64,000 nucleotides of DNA, taken from contig OX597826.1 of the NCBI GenBank assembly GCA_951406725.2, positions 40,052,001-40,116,000 of the forward strand, given 5' to 3'. Source of the DNA: Octopus vulgaris (Eukaryota). Under the pieces are notes generated by a model. The model ran no database searches, was not told where the DNA came from, and saw only the letters and a program-made list of their open reading frames with translations. Below, piece after piece: positions 40,252 through 53,114 of the stretch (position 1 is the first letter of the stretch; every line of letters starts with the position of its first letter). The translations under genes were made by a program, and so were the position numbers.

Positions 40252-40983
40252 TGAACCCATTCCCATGTATAGAAGTCATGGCCTCAGACAAGACATTGTC
40301 TCTCCTAATCCACTCTAAAACCTGGTGTTCCAGCTGCACATTCTGCTAAATTCCTCCTTGTCCATTCATTAATGCCAATCTTAATTCTTGTCTTAAGCAG
40401 AAAAACAAGAAACCTGATTTTTATTATAAGAACTCAAAACATATGCACATCCTTATATTTATTTTTATTTCTTAATAGTGACTTCGAAGTTCCAGCAATT
40501 TTGTTGGCTTTTTTCTGAGATTTTAACATGCGAAAACTAGCAACAGTTATAAAATATGGATCTATTCTCCGGGAGAAAGAGCGCACGAGAGAGTGAGAGA
40601 GTGGTGGGGGGAGAGATTCATTCAAATGTTTTCAAGACGTTTATGGTAATAATGATGAGTAATGTTTAGAATGTCAGTTAGCAATCTGTGTAATGAGGGG
40701 ATATTAGGGGAAGGATATAATCAGAAAAAAATAGAGAGATATCGGAGAGGTATGTGGCAGGGTATAGGGTATCCAACCTAAAGGTAAATGAAGATTTATG
40801 TGTTTCGGTATTGAAGGGAAACGCTAAAGGTGCCGAAAATAGCTGACAAGAGAGAAATATGTAGTCCTATTTATTTAGGCAGAAATGTATGCACAGTCAT
40901 TAGTACACCAGCACGTATAAAAACACACACACATATACATACACACAGATACAAAAACACAGATACAAACGCACACACACAAA

Positions 40984-41035
<52 letters not shown>

Positions 41036-41499
41036 CACTCACATTACACTAAATTGTCAGTTTCGAGCAAGCCAAGCGGACATCGAAATCTTGAAGTTTT
41101 GCCAATTAAAGCAGTGACACAAGTTAAATATTGTAATTTTCTGATAATTATCCCCATGACAAAATATATCATGCAATCCAGATATCTGCACGATGTAGTT
41201 AATTATATAAGCAGAACGAAACCTTAATACTTATTAGCTCGTTGAGAAACTTCTTGAAAACTTGACATTTTCCATGTCATTAGCTTGTTAGCATCACAAC
41301 ACAGCCCACCTAAGTAAAACATTTGCACTATATCTGTTAACACCGGATCAATTCTGATCAAATTATTCTATGATCTAACGACCCAGGCTTCAGTTTTAGT
41401 CATGTAGTCACTAGAACTATACTACGAAATGCGTCCTGTGTAAGGTTTGAGGAAGATATGTCGGCTATTTCTAGCATAAAAACAACGATCAATTTAAGG

Positions 41500-41660
41500 T
41501 CTTATGAGATTTTACTGCACAGCCACTTCAAGCAAGTTGGACAGATATACTATCGTTCTGGACAAAGGGATAAAAGAGTGCATCATCACAGATATGACTA
41601 TATCTGCGGATATGAATGTAGCGGTTAAAGAAATGGAGAAAATACGAAAATACTGCTATT
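41500..41660 (+). mobile_element. REL endonuclease fragment of an R4/Dong-like LINE
   Basis: IVLDKGIKECIITDMTISADMNVAVKEMEKIRKY matches the D...D...K-xx-KY REL pattern. Confidence 0.6.
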
Positions 41661-42124
41661 CTTACATATTATATTTTGCAACATGTAATGAAGATTTTAT
41701 TAGTAATATTTAATTAGAAATGGTAGACAAACGACACCATACAATACTTCAATGTCCTAAACGTACTAAATAAACGTTCCTCAAAGGAAATCGTAAATAG
41801 GATACATTAGATAATACAAGTAAAACATATTGCATAACACCAAATAAAGATGATGGGATGATAACGATTAATAGGAAAAGGTTTTGACAATATGCCAGTT
41901 CAGAGGTGACCTAGGAATAAACAACAGAAACAGTTACACTAGTAATGCTGTAATGCAATGGTGCAGGAACTACACTAAATTCAAATTAATTATTAGCGAT
42001 TGAAGCTGTATTAATACCAAAAGGTGGTAATAACCAGATTAACTTGGCTGCCTTGTTAGAACATCGTATACTGTGTTATTAGCCTTTAGAGATCCTTTCA
42101 TTTAGGAACTTGATGCATAGAAGG

Positions 42125-42659
42125 ACACACATAGACCTTGGCAGACGAAAACCGTCTGTCATGGGCGCCGGACTTCTCATTTCACGTGATTTCATTCTAC
42201 TGGAGACCATCAGCGGGAGGCGCACACCAGTCAAAGCTCGCTACTATGATATATAGAAGTCAGCATCTTTTCTTCCAACTATGTCGCAAATCGCCAGCGT
42301 GTATATTTAAAATTGATTGTTGTCTACGGAAGCAGTATTAATGACAAAATGTAATCTTTGTACCCAACTTAATATGAATGTCTTTTTAGAAGGCATCCAA
42401 ATGAATTACGTAATTTTATTCTTCTGGAAATCCTCAGTCGGAAGAGCTCGTTTTTCACTGCATGCCAGTATTATAACATTTTGGTACCAATAGATCATTT
42501 TAAAAAAGCCCTTCAGATGCTGATATTGTATACATCGTAGCGGCGCGATTTGATTGGTATGCGTTGATCGAACGCTTCCATTAGAATGAAATCTCGTGAT
42601 ATGGGAATTCCGGTGCCTATGACAGACAATTATCGGCGGCTATGATCTATGTGTGTGTG
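42125..42659. mobile_element. MITE / non-autonomous DNA transposon with about 140-bp imperfect TIRs
   Basis: 42125-42268 aligns to the reverse complement of 42516-42659 (ACACACATAGA...GTCTGTCAT-GG-CCGGA...GATTTCATTCTA...TCAGCATCT). Confidence 0.75.
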
Positions 42660-44396
42660 TTTATGCACTAAGCGCCTATGTGATAGCATCTCTCAAGGCT
42701 AATAACGCAGTATTCGGTGTGCTAACAAGGCATCCATATTAAGTTTCTTTAATCTAAATTTCACAATATCGAGTGGATATGCTTTGTGTGGCAAGTTCGT
42801 TAATCTATTTTGGTGAGGACGCACCACTTAATATTGTTGGGTGTACTCACAGTTGTCTAATCATTGGGTTCTTACTGTCATCCAGGAGGAATCAGTTATT
42901 TGAAATACAATTCTCTTATCTGCGAATACGACTCTCTATTCCTGTCAGGATACAAACCGCTGATCTACGAACTCGATGTAAGACATCCTCTCAATCAAGG
43001 TATCTATATTTTCTTTCTATGGGATATCACGTGCATTTCTTATAGATCAAAGCCAAGTTAATTTCGCTTTGATGTAAGCGAACCCAAATGTTAGTTCTGT
43101 TGTTGTTAAAATGGTAACCATTAATTTCTACATATTCTCCAAACGATACCGATTCATCTGCTTTCTAGATATTTAAAGTGTGAAGAGAAAAATACGAGAA
43201 GATAAACACGGAAATCTATAAGAATTATAAATATACCGGCAGGCTTTATAATTTGCAATTATTTGTATTTCACATTTCAGTGAAACGTTTAAGACGATTG
43301 GCCTGGCTGTTTGATCAACGAAGTCGATCATTTTTTTATATTAGTTTTGAGTTTACTGAACAAATGTTTAACTTTGTTTGTGTAATCTAATTCTCTATTT
43401 TTCAATTTCATATCCAAAGCAACTTTAACCATTATTTACGCTAAATTTCTGGCTTGTTCAAAGATAAACACCAGAATAAGATTAATGTAATAAAATCCTA
43501 CATGTCCATCGAACTTCTGCCAGGCACATGCAGATTGTACAGAGATTGGAATTTTTTTTTTTTTTTCACAAAATTTAAACGATGCAACAGCAGACATTCT
43601 TTCTGTTGAACTGTTGTTAGGTAATTCTGAATAACTTTTACGTTTCGTCATATTTTCTCCTAGTTCAAAATGATAATACTAATGGTTTCAAATTTTAGCA
43701 CAGGCTTAACAATTTTAAGAGAAGAGGTTAATCAATACCTCACATCCCAGTACTTGACTGATACTTTATTCTATTGATCCCGAAGAGATGAAAGACAAAG
43801 TTGACTTTCCAGAGAGCCATCGTATAATCCTGCGAGGCATTTTTGTCTGCATTTTCACGAATTAACAAATCAAAAATTAAAATAATAACCGTTTCTACTC
43901 TAGACACAAAGCCTGAAATTTGGGCCGTGGGGCTAGTTGATGTATAGTTCTAGTTTATTTTATTCTTCGTTTTCGTCAACGTTGAAAACTTGCCCGTGAC
44001 CTTTGCGTTTCTTATGTTAAAAGCAGTCATGTTGAAGCTGTTTATTTTTTTGATAACTTCTTGTCAAAAACCAAGGAAAATACTTCAATATGAAGAACAT
44101 TAAATGCAGGTTAAAAGCATTTGTTTCCCTTTCCTTATCAATGTTAGAAAGTTATTTGTATGTAATCGCAGATGGATTTAGTTTGTTTTCGAAAACTGGA
44201 TGTTTTACCAATTTTGTCTCTTCTTTCTCACACTTTCTGTCTCTTACGTCAATGTTTGAAACTCGCTTGATTGCTGTGCGCCCACCCATTTCCACCCCTA
44301 TACCAAAAATATTTGTACCGGATATCTTGATAACCAAAATGTTGAACCCAATCTTACTCCATTACCTTCTACGGAATCATCATATTCATAATTTTA

Positions 44397-44508
<112 letters not shown>

Positions 44509-45374
44509 ATATGGTAATTGCTGCAATATTAATAATACTATGGCTGTAGTGATAGTAAAAATGTTGGTTGTAATAATAGTAATTATAGTGGTAGTAATAA
44601 TAGTAATAATGCTGTTGGTAGAAAAATGTTATAGTAGTAATATGCCAGATCCCTTTTAGTGCTACTGATAACCTGTAAACTAGTACAGCCTGTTTCACTG
44701 TTGGACTGTTGGCGGCTAAACCGGCAAACTTGCCTGGCACTTACCTAGTAAAGAAGGTGACTTTTGTTGGATATCCTACAAGACGAAAAACTAAACCTGT
44801 TAATGGGATTAATGAGCAGATGAACTCACCAGCATCAATGCACATCCGATTTTATAAATCTTTATTAGCTGCGAAAATTAATACTGGAGGTGGCGAGCAG
44901 CACAGGACAACCAGCTTCAATAAGAGCAGACATGCCTCTCAAAAGTCTTGGTTGACAACTTGTCTTGTGATGGTGGCACGACATAACTGCGGGTTGGTGA
45001 AAAGCTTGGAACACATACCTTATTTATGAGAAAAATTTCAATAGTTGAAAGTAATAGTAACGACGTCAACGACGTTGGCGCTTTTAACGAATGTGTCACG
45101 TTGGTGAGTTGTCCTGTGGAACAGCGGCTCGAACTACTGCTGACCCACGACAGTCAAGGAGATTACAATGAGCAAAAGAGAATAACAAATTGTTGTTTGA
45201 ATATTGTATTAGGAGTGAGTTGGGGGGATAAAAGGCTGTGTGAAAATAGTACTAAATCTCTGGAAAAATATTGTCGACATGACAAAATGAAAGAAGATAA
45301 TATGAAGGAAGAGAGTGGACAAAGATTAGTTGATCAGATTCAACAAATGAAGATCTTGATGGCAGCTAGTCAGG

Positions 45375-45680
45375 TGTTTTGAGTGATGTTCTTAACAAAT
45401 CACGGAAACAACATCCGACGAAAGAAGAGCTTTGTGGAAATATCCCCAACATACCATCAATCATTCGAGCGCGGGGGACAAGATATGCCGGTCACTGCTG
45501 TCGAGGCAAAGAATTAGTATGTAGATTCCTCTACTCGGTCCTGAGCCTTGGTAATTCGCATGTTCACGACCGAGAATGACCTACATTGATCAAATCTCAC
45601 GTGATGCTGAATTACAAAAATAAGACCTCAAAAATGTCATGAAAGAAAAGAAGACTTGGTGAGTTCGGTCAACCCACCCA
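45375..45680 (+). mobile_element. RTE-clade LINE 3' fragment
   Basis: LNKSRKQHPTKEELCGNIP...RYAGHCCRGKE is homologous to 6531-6840. The upstream 44.65-45.0 kb may be the matching 5' UTR (unverified). Confidence 0.65.
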
Positions 45681-45689
45681 AAACATAGC

Positions 45690-46420
45690 TAGATAGGGTG
45701 ACATGTCAAGTGCACAAATTACTACAGGAATAATTCTCATTTTTGCACAATCTCTATCTCGTAGCCTAACTCTGATATTTCTCTATTTCTTTGGTATCCC
45801 ATCTATTATCATATGCTAATGTAAAGTATATGAAATTACACAGTTGTTTTTTTCGTTTTTTATCGCTTTTCTTGTTCCTAACTGTCATATCAAGTCTTCT
45901 TGCTTGCATAGTATGGCTAGTCTTTGTGGGGAAATACAAAATCCTGTAATCATTTTTCTCCATCACAGCCTCCGGCTCATGTTCATGCCAATTTTCTGCT
46001 ACTTTGAATACACACTCTCGGCTAATATCCCAAAACACTATCTTACCGACCCTGCCATGCCTCTGCTTATATTCTGGCACTACTAGATACTGTATTCACT
46101 TAAGATGGTTAATAGTTTTATTAAGTTTCCTATATGTTCTGCGTTTACTCTCTGACAGAGTTTAATCAATTCTTTCTCTTTATCAAATTCGTTGTAATGT
46201 CTTATTCCTCGGCAGCTATAATTAACGATTTTATTTCTCGTTTCTGGTTCCCACCTGTCAGACACAGCCAGCGATATTTTCTTTATCGGCTTGTTTGAAG
46301 TATAGGCCATGTAATTCCTTCTCTTTCCTGTTATTTCCATACCATTTTCCAACTGCACCTAAGTTCTTTTTTCCAGTATTTTTTTGTATATTACGCGAAG
46401 ATAAAATTATTCTTTTTTCA
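45690..46420 (-). mobile_element. R4/Dong-like LINE 3' fragment
   Basis: EYKQRHGRVGKIVFW...WHEHEPEAVME...ARRLDMTV...DTKEIEKY covers the RHD motif and REL. Confidence 0.8.
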
Positions 46421-46558
46421 ATAAGCACGGCGTGGCAGTATTGTTATCATTATTGTCATACTTTTTAACATCTCCTCCTCCTCATCATCATCATCATAAT
46501 TATTATTATTATTATTATTTTTATCATCATCATCATCATCATCATTATTATTATTATT

Positions 46559-46600
<42 letters not shown>

Positions 46601-46699
46601 ATTATTATTATTATTAATAATATTATTATTATTATTATTATCATCATTATTATTATTAATATAATTGATATTTTTATTATTATCTTTATATTATTATTA

Positions 46700-47255
46700 T
46701 GAGTGAGAGAGCAGTTCATGCCATCAAAGTGACACTGGGGTAAAATATACGAAGCCCAATATACCCATCATGACTACCCGTCTGATAAAGGTACACCAGG
46801 CACATGCATCACAACCATATGTGCGCGACATGGTGATCTCATATCAAGATAAACAGCACATGACCTTGCAGGTGGGGCCCAGTTAGAATTTTCTTCAGGT
46901 TGAGTAGCCCATCCCGCTCAAACGGCCCCTGAATAAGGGTTGTTTAAGGATGTTGAAAGAACCGCCCATGTTTCCAGAGGTGAACTATTCAAACCCCAAA
47001 GAATCCCTCTCAACACATGGCTATGATGCTCCCCCACTACTTCTGCTCGTGATCAGAGATGCACATATCGTCAGCCACTTAGGGACATGCTCAACTGGTT
47101 AAGGTCAAACAACTGAGAAGCAGATCTGTGGTATTGAGCAGAATATTTGCTGTAGCCCATCTTTTATACCAAGACAAAACAATGTACATGATAACACTTC
47201 CAATCAGTTAAGATCAGAAGCCATGAGAGCCACTGCCTGGTACTGCATCAGGGCA
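46700..47255 (-). mobile_element. 556-bp non-coding element in (TAA)n, copy 1 (complete)
   Basis: Near-identical to 47429-47894, with a deleted derivative at 52245-52377. (TAT)n on both flanks. Strand is inferred from the truncation pattern. Confidence 0.8.
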
Positions 47256-47261
47256 TTTATT

Positions 47262-47292
<31 letters not shown>

Positions 47293-47428
47293 TTATTATT
47301 ATCCTTATTATGATTATTATTATTATCATTATTATTATTATTAATATTTTTATTATTATTATTATCATTATTATTATTATTATTAATATCATCATTATTA
47401 TTATTATTATTATCATTATTATTATTAT

Positions 47429-47894
47429 TGAGTGAGAGAGCAGTTCATGCCATCAAAGTGACACTGGGGTAAAATATACGAAGCCCAATATACCCATCAT
47501 GACTACCCGTTTGATAAAGGTACACCAGGCACATGCATCACAACCATATGTGCGCGACATGGTGATCTCATATCAAGATAAACAGCACATGACCTTGCAG
47601 GTGGGGCCCAGTTAGAATTTTCTTCAGGTTGAGTAGCCCATCCCGCTCAAACAGTCCCTGAATAAGGGTTGTTTAAGGATGTTGAAAGAACCACCCATGT
47701 TTCCAGAGGTGAACTATTCAAACCCCAAAGAATCCCTCTCAACACATGGCTATGATGCTCCCCCACTACTTCTGCTCGTGATCAGAGATGCACATATCGT
47801 CAGCCACTAAGGGACATGCTCAACTGGTTAAGGTCAAACAACTGACAAGCAAATCTGTGGTATTGAGCAGAATATTTGCTGTAGCCCATCTTTT
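47429..47894 (-). mobile_element. Same non-coding element, copy 2 (truncated at the right end)
   Basis: Aligns to 46700 to about 47165 with few substitutions. Confidence 0.8.
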
Positions 47895-47920
47895 ATTATT
47901 ATGATTATTATTATTATTAT

Positions 47921-48086
47921 TCTATGTTTGACTTTTGCTTTATATTTGTACAAGTTGGCTCCAAGTCTCACCCAGAGACCTCAAGAGACAACAGGGTTGG
48001 AAGTTCATGTTGTTGTTATGCCTAGTGTGCCATATATTTGGGGGTGGGGATGTTGTACTAATGAATGTCTAAAAAGGAAAAAAAAA

Positions 48087-48117
<31 letters not shown>

Positions 48118-51100
48118 AACCGAAAATTATGTTTGTTTTAAACCTTGAGATTACATAGAGAGTATTTTGCGTAGGATATGAGCAGTTCCCATGAGCACTA
48201 TCTTTTGAACTTCTGCCATTTTTGGGTTTCCTGGTATCTGAGTTAGGTAGCTATCAGCCCCTTTTGCTATCATTCCCAGGGCACCTATGACAACAGGTAT
48301 TGTTTTAGTCTTCAGCTTCCACATTTTGCTGATTTCTATTTCAAGATCTTTATATTTGCTCAGTTTTTGGTAGGTCTTGACAGATACGTTTATATCGATT
48401 GGGACAGTCATATCAATGAGGAGGCATGTTCTTTGTTTGAAGTTTTTCAATATGATGTCTGGCCTATTTGCATCTATCTTCCTGTCAGTTTGAATGGTGA
48501 AGTTCCAGAGGAGTGAGATGTGGTCATTTTCAAGCACTGGGGGTGGTTTGTGTTCCCACCAGTTTTTTTTCATGGGGCAAATCAAGGTTTTTACAGATTA
48601 CCCAGTGAATATATTGTGCAGCTCTATCGTGCCTGTTGAGATACTCTGTAGGCGCTAGAAGACTGCACTTGGAGACCACATGGTCAATGGTTTCATTTTG
48701 TTGCTTGCATACACGACACGTTGGACTGCTTCTGATCTTTAATATGTTGGCCTGGTAGTTTCTTGTTGGTAGGCATTGATCTTGAGCTGCTATGATAAAC
48801 CCCTCTGTTTCAGATTTTAAGCCAGAGGCCATTAGCCATTGATGGGTCAGGGCTTTGTCGATATCTGCATTATTCGCTCTCTTTGGGTATTTGCCATAGA
48901 GAGGTTTTTCTTGCCATTTATTATTCAGAATATCTAAGGCCGCAGTTTTGGCACGGGTTTTCATGCGCCTAGCTTTTTCTGTGCTTGTTTCTTGTATATC
49001 TATCTCTAATTCCGAAATTGGTTGTATTCGGAATTCACTTAGATATTCCTTTGCCTGTTTTGTGACTGAGTATGATGCTTTCTTGTTTTCATGTTTTGAG
49101 ACAAGTTTTAGCATCCAGTCCTCAGAGTTTTTCAGGTAGGTGTCTAGGCCAATTGTAGCAATCTTCATTGTTATTGCCAGTTGCAAAAGACCACGGCCTC
49201 CCTCTTTTCTTGGCAGATAGAGTCGTTCTGTATCTGCCTTAGGGTGGTGCATTCTATGCATTGTCAACAGTTTCCTTATTTTTCTGTCGAGCTGACATAT
49301 TTCAGTAATTGACCAGTTAACAATATTGAAACTGTAAGTCACGACTGGGAAAGCTAATGCATTGATTGCTTCGATCCTGTTTCTTGCATTCAGCTCTGTC
49401 TTGAGTATTGCTCTCACTCTTCGATAGCATTCTCTCCTGATCCTTTCCTTCATCTCTGAATGCCTTATTCCGTTCCCTTCAATTATCCCTAGGTACTTGT
49501 AGCTCTCCGCTGGGTCGAGTTCTTTTATGACATTCTGTTGGTCAAGGTTAACGTTAGATGTTTCTGTCATTTTTCCTTTGATAAAGGTAGCCTTTGCACA
49601 TTTATCGAGGCCGAATTGCATTCTGATGTCGTCACTGAATTGTTTGACTATCGCTAGTAAGCCCTTGAGTTGTTGATCATTTTTTGCAAAAAGCTTTAAA
49701 TCATCCATGTAAACGAGATGATTTATATTTTTATCAAACATTTTATACCCGTACTGCGCGTCATTGAGCAGCTTTGAGAGAGGTATTAAGGATAAACAAA
49801 AGAGGAGTGGTGACAGTGAGTCACCCTGGAAAATGCCACACGAAATTTTTACATCACCAGCATTTAGGGATTCACTGTCACTGTTCAGAGTTAGTGTGGT
49901 TCTCCATGATCTCATACTTACAGTCAAGAAGTTTCGCAGAGTTGGTGCTATCTTATACATTTCAAGGCATTTCCTAATCCAGCTATGTGGTAGGCTATCA
50001 AAAGCCTTTTTATAGTCTATCCAGGCTATTGATAAGTTTTTGTGTCGTTTGTGACAATCTTCTAAGATCATCTTATTGATGAGTAGTTGGTCTTTACAGC
50101 CGTAGGATCCACGTTTACATCCTTTCTGTTCATTAGGGAATATGCTGCTGTCTGTTAAAAAACTATAGGTATATTCCGTCAGGACAGATGTTAGTGTTTT
50201 GTACATAGTTGTTAAGCAAGTTATGGGTCTATAGTTTTTTGGTTCATTTGTTTCTTCACTTTTTGGAAGCAGGAATGTTAACCCATTAACTAGCCAAGGA
50301 GTCATCCTACTAGGGTGTTGCAAAACATCATTGTACAGTTCTGTTAGCAGTTCATGGCTCTCTGGGAAGGCATTCAGCCAGAAGTTAGGAATTTTATCCT
50401 TTCCTGGAGACTTCCATTTGCTTGACCTCCTGAGAGCAGATCTTATATCTTCTACCTTGACACCCTCCCACTTTTGCTCTTCTAAGGGGTCCAGTTCTGT
50501 AGATATTCTGTCAATCCAGGGGGCCTTTTCGTTGTGTGTTTTTTCTTCTGCCCAGATTTTATTCCAAAATCTCTGCACTTCTTCTTTTGATGGTACAGAC
50601 CCTGTAGTAAACGCTGTTTTTCCTATCTTCCTGTAAAAATTCTTGGTGTTATTTTTGAACATGTTGTTGTCCTTGAAAAATCTAACACGCTTTTCATACC
50701 TCGCTATGCGGGCAGCTTTGGCAGATACCTTTTGTTTGATGGTTTCTATGGTGGCATCAATATCAAGTATAGTTTTCATATTGTATTTTTTCAGTAATTT
50801 TGGGGTTTTTGTAGGTTTGGTAATCTTGTGAGCCTTAAGGTTTTTCAAATATTCAATGTCAGATCTAAATATTTTAATTTGTTGTTGCAGACGCTCTTGC
50901 CAAGAAGGCTTTTTGTGGGACTGTTGCCGTTTTCTAATCTTTACACCACATAGGATCGTTGAGATTTTCGCGGATGCATAGTATAGGTGGTTGAGGTTTG
51001 TGATATCAACATCATTAACTGAAATTATATCCTTAAGTGCAAGCCGGATTTTACCAATTATTTTCATGTTTTGGTTAGAGTTGCGGATTTTAGGAAGTGT

Positions 51101-51997
51101 ATCACGCTCATCCATGCTGGTTTCTTTAATTTTCAGCCATTCAATCATGATTTGATTTTTTAGCTCATGTAGTTCTGTTGGGTCAATATTTGTGTGACTT
51201 TCTTTATCTATTTGATGCTCATCTGTCTTAGTGTTTATGATTGGTTCAGGGCGTATTTCACTTTGCCTATCACTTATACTAACTCTTTCAATCCTCTCTT
51301 CGTTTTTATCCGCCCTGGGCTGGTCTATAATCATTTCCTCTGTATTATCTTCTCTAGCTGCAGCTTCGTTCATTTTATCCGATATTGCTTGTCTAACCTG
51401 ATCAATCTCTACTTCAGTCAGTAATTTCTTTTTTATAATGTTTCTTCTAACATTGGCAAGCTTGTTACTGTCTATGTAGGGTCTTACTTCAGGGTGTTTC
51501 TGTCTCCAGTTTAAGTATGCTTGTACAGTGCTAGACTTATCTGTGGGGAAATATATGGCATGGTAGAAGGCCTCAAGAACTTCTTTATTATCTTCCCTAG
51601 ACCATTTTTCCTTCTTTTTCTTTTGATTATTTGGTGATGAGCATGGATGGCCATCTGTTGGAATATTCCGGTTGTGGGGTTCGTCCAGCTCCTGTGTGTT
51701 GGGAAGATTTGATCCAGTAACTGATTTTTCAATCAGGATTTGGTTCAATTTTCGGGTACGTGGTCTTTTGTAATCCGCGCAATGACCAATGCGGTTTATT
51801 GTTTGATTTGTTGACCTTGAAGCATGACGAGCATCCATTCTTATATTAGGAGATGGATCTGTCAGTTTAGGGTTCACTACGTGTAAGCATTGCTCATAGC
51901 GCCGCCTCTTAAGACTAGCAGATCTATATTCGTCTGTATTTTTTTTGTTGATAGTTTTATCTCCGGACATTTTTTTTTTTTTTTTCCTTTCCTCCTC

Positions 51998-51999
<2 letters not shown>
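47921..51999 (-). mobile_element. Full-length R4/Dong-clade non-LTR retrotransposon in (TAA)n
   Basis: Single-ORF RT-REL architecture, about 230-nt 3' UTR ending in (AAT)n, and (TAA)n at the 5' flank. Dong elements are known to target TAA repeats. Confidence 0.92.
48151..51970 (-). CDS. RT + CCHC zinc knuckle + REL endonuclease polyprotein, split by one +1 frameshift in an A8 run
   Basis: The 1146-aa ORF has SPGKDKI, NYRPITCL, WIDYKKAFDS, GIFQGDSLSP, YMDDLKL, CRVC...HVVSKC and RHD. It continues in ORF 48151-48585 (RPDII...LIDMTVP...KLSKY). Removing one base from T8 at 48563-48570 gives HEKNWWEH and a 1272-aa product. Confidence 0.92.
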
Positions 52000-52049
<50 letters not shown>

Positions 52050-52084
52050 CATTATTATTATTATTATCATTTTTATTATTATTA

Positions 52085-52164
<80 letters not shown>

Positions 52165-52244
52165 ACTATTATTATTATTATTAATATTATTATTATAACC
52201 ATTATTATTATTATCTTCATCATCATCATCATCATCACTATTAT
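52000..52244. repeat. (TAT)n microsatellite, target tract of the Dong-like element
   Basis: Directly visible. Confidence 0.95.
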
Positions 52245-52377
52245 TGAGTGAGTGAGCAGTGCATGCTATCAAAGTGACGCTGGGGTAAAATATACGAATC
52301 CCAGTATGCCCATCATAACTAACCGTCTGTTATACCAAGACAAAACAATGTACACTGCCTAGTACTGCATTAGGGTA
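52245..52377 (-). mobile_element. Internally deleted copy 3 of the 556-bp element
   Basis: Both ends are retained; deletions follow about 52329 and about 52353. Confidence 0.75.
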
Positions 52378-52378
52378 T

Positions 52379-52749
52379 TTATTACCATCGCCTCAGCGAA
52401 CGCGGAGGTACTGTTTTCAGTCGCGTTTTATTTGTTTGTCCGTGAACAAGATATCTCAAGAACTGCTGGATGGATTAGAATGAAACTGTCAGGGATGTTT
52501 GGCCTCATAACTAGCACGAACTGATTTGATTTTGGGATCGATCAAGTAGAGGACAAGGGTTCTGGATTATTTTTCCTGCCTTTTCCTTGGTTTTTGAGAG
52601 CGTTCGAATTCATTTTTAGTATTCTCGTTTGTGAGAGCAGTCGATTTTATTTCAGATATTCGTATTTTAAAAATCACCTCTGGCTAATCGTTGAGTAGAC
52701 GTTGTTGTTACGTCGGCAGACGTTTTCTCTCTCTGAGTGCTCTTTTTGT
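52379..52749 (+). mobile_element. Helentron-associated non-autonomous element (HINE/DINE-1-like)
   Basis: TTATTACC-TCGCC...GCGGAGGT 5' subterminal palindrome, then TTTGTTTGTCCGT, and a 3' GGCAGACG...CTCTCTGAGTGCTC end. Confidence 0.65.
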
Positions 52750-52762
52750 TGTTGTTGTTGTT

Positions 52763-52861
<99 letters not shown>

Positions 52862-53114
52862 TTCTTTCAACTGTGTTTCCATTTCTTCTGTCTTCCTGAG
52901 ACCTAGGGCAAAGAAACTCAATGTATACGTTGGTAGGCAGTCAAAACAAACTCACCAGATTGTTCGGTTACAAAGTCATGTGTTAAAAAAAATAAAGAAA
53001 GACAGAGATAAAGAAAAGAAGGAGAAAATGAAAAATTAGAAATCAAAGAAAATAAAAGGGGAAAAGGAAAGAAAATTCACTATTATTTTTAATATTATTA
53101 CTAATATTATTATC

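Noticed and set aside
44090-44390. Minus-strand peptide GTNIFGIGVEMGGRTAIKRV resembling a kinase N-lobe
   Set aside because: Bounded by stops, with no downstream kinase motifs and no clear splice sites.
46880-47080. CTGACGA and CTGAAGA on the minus strand of the 556-bp element
   Set aside because: No stem II closed by GAAA and no NUH geometry found.
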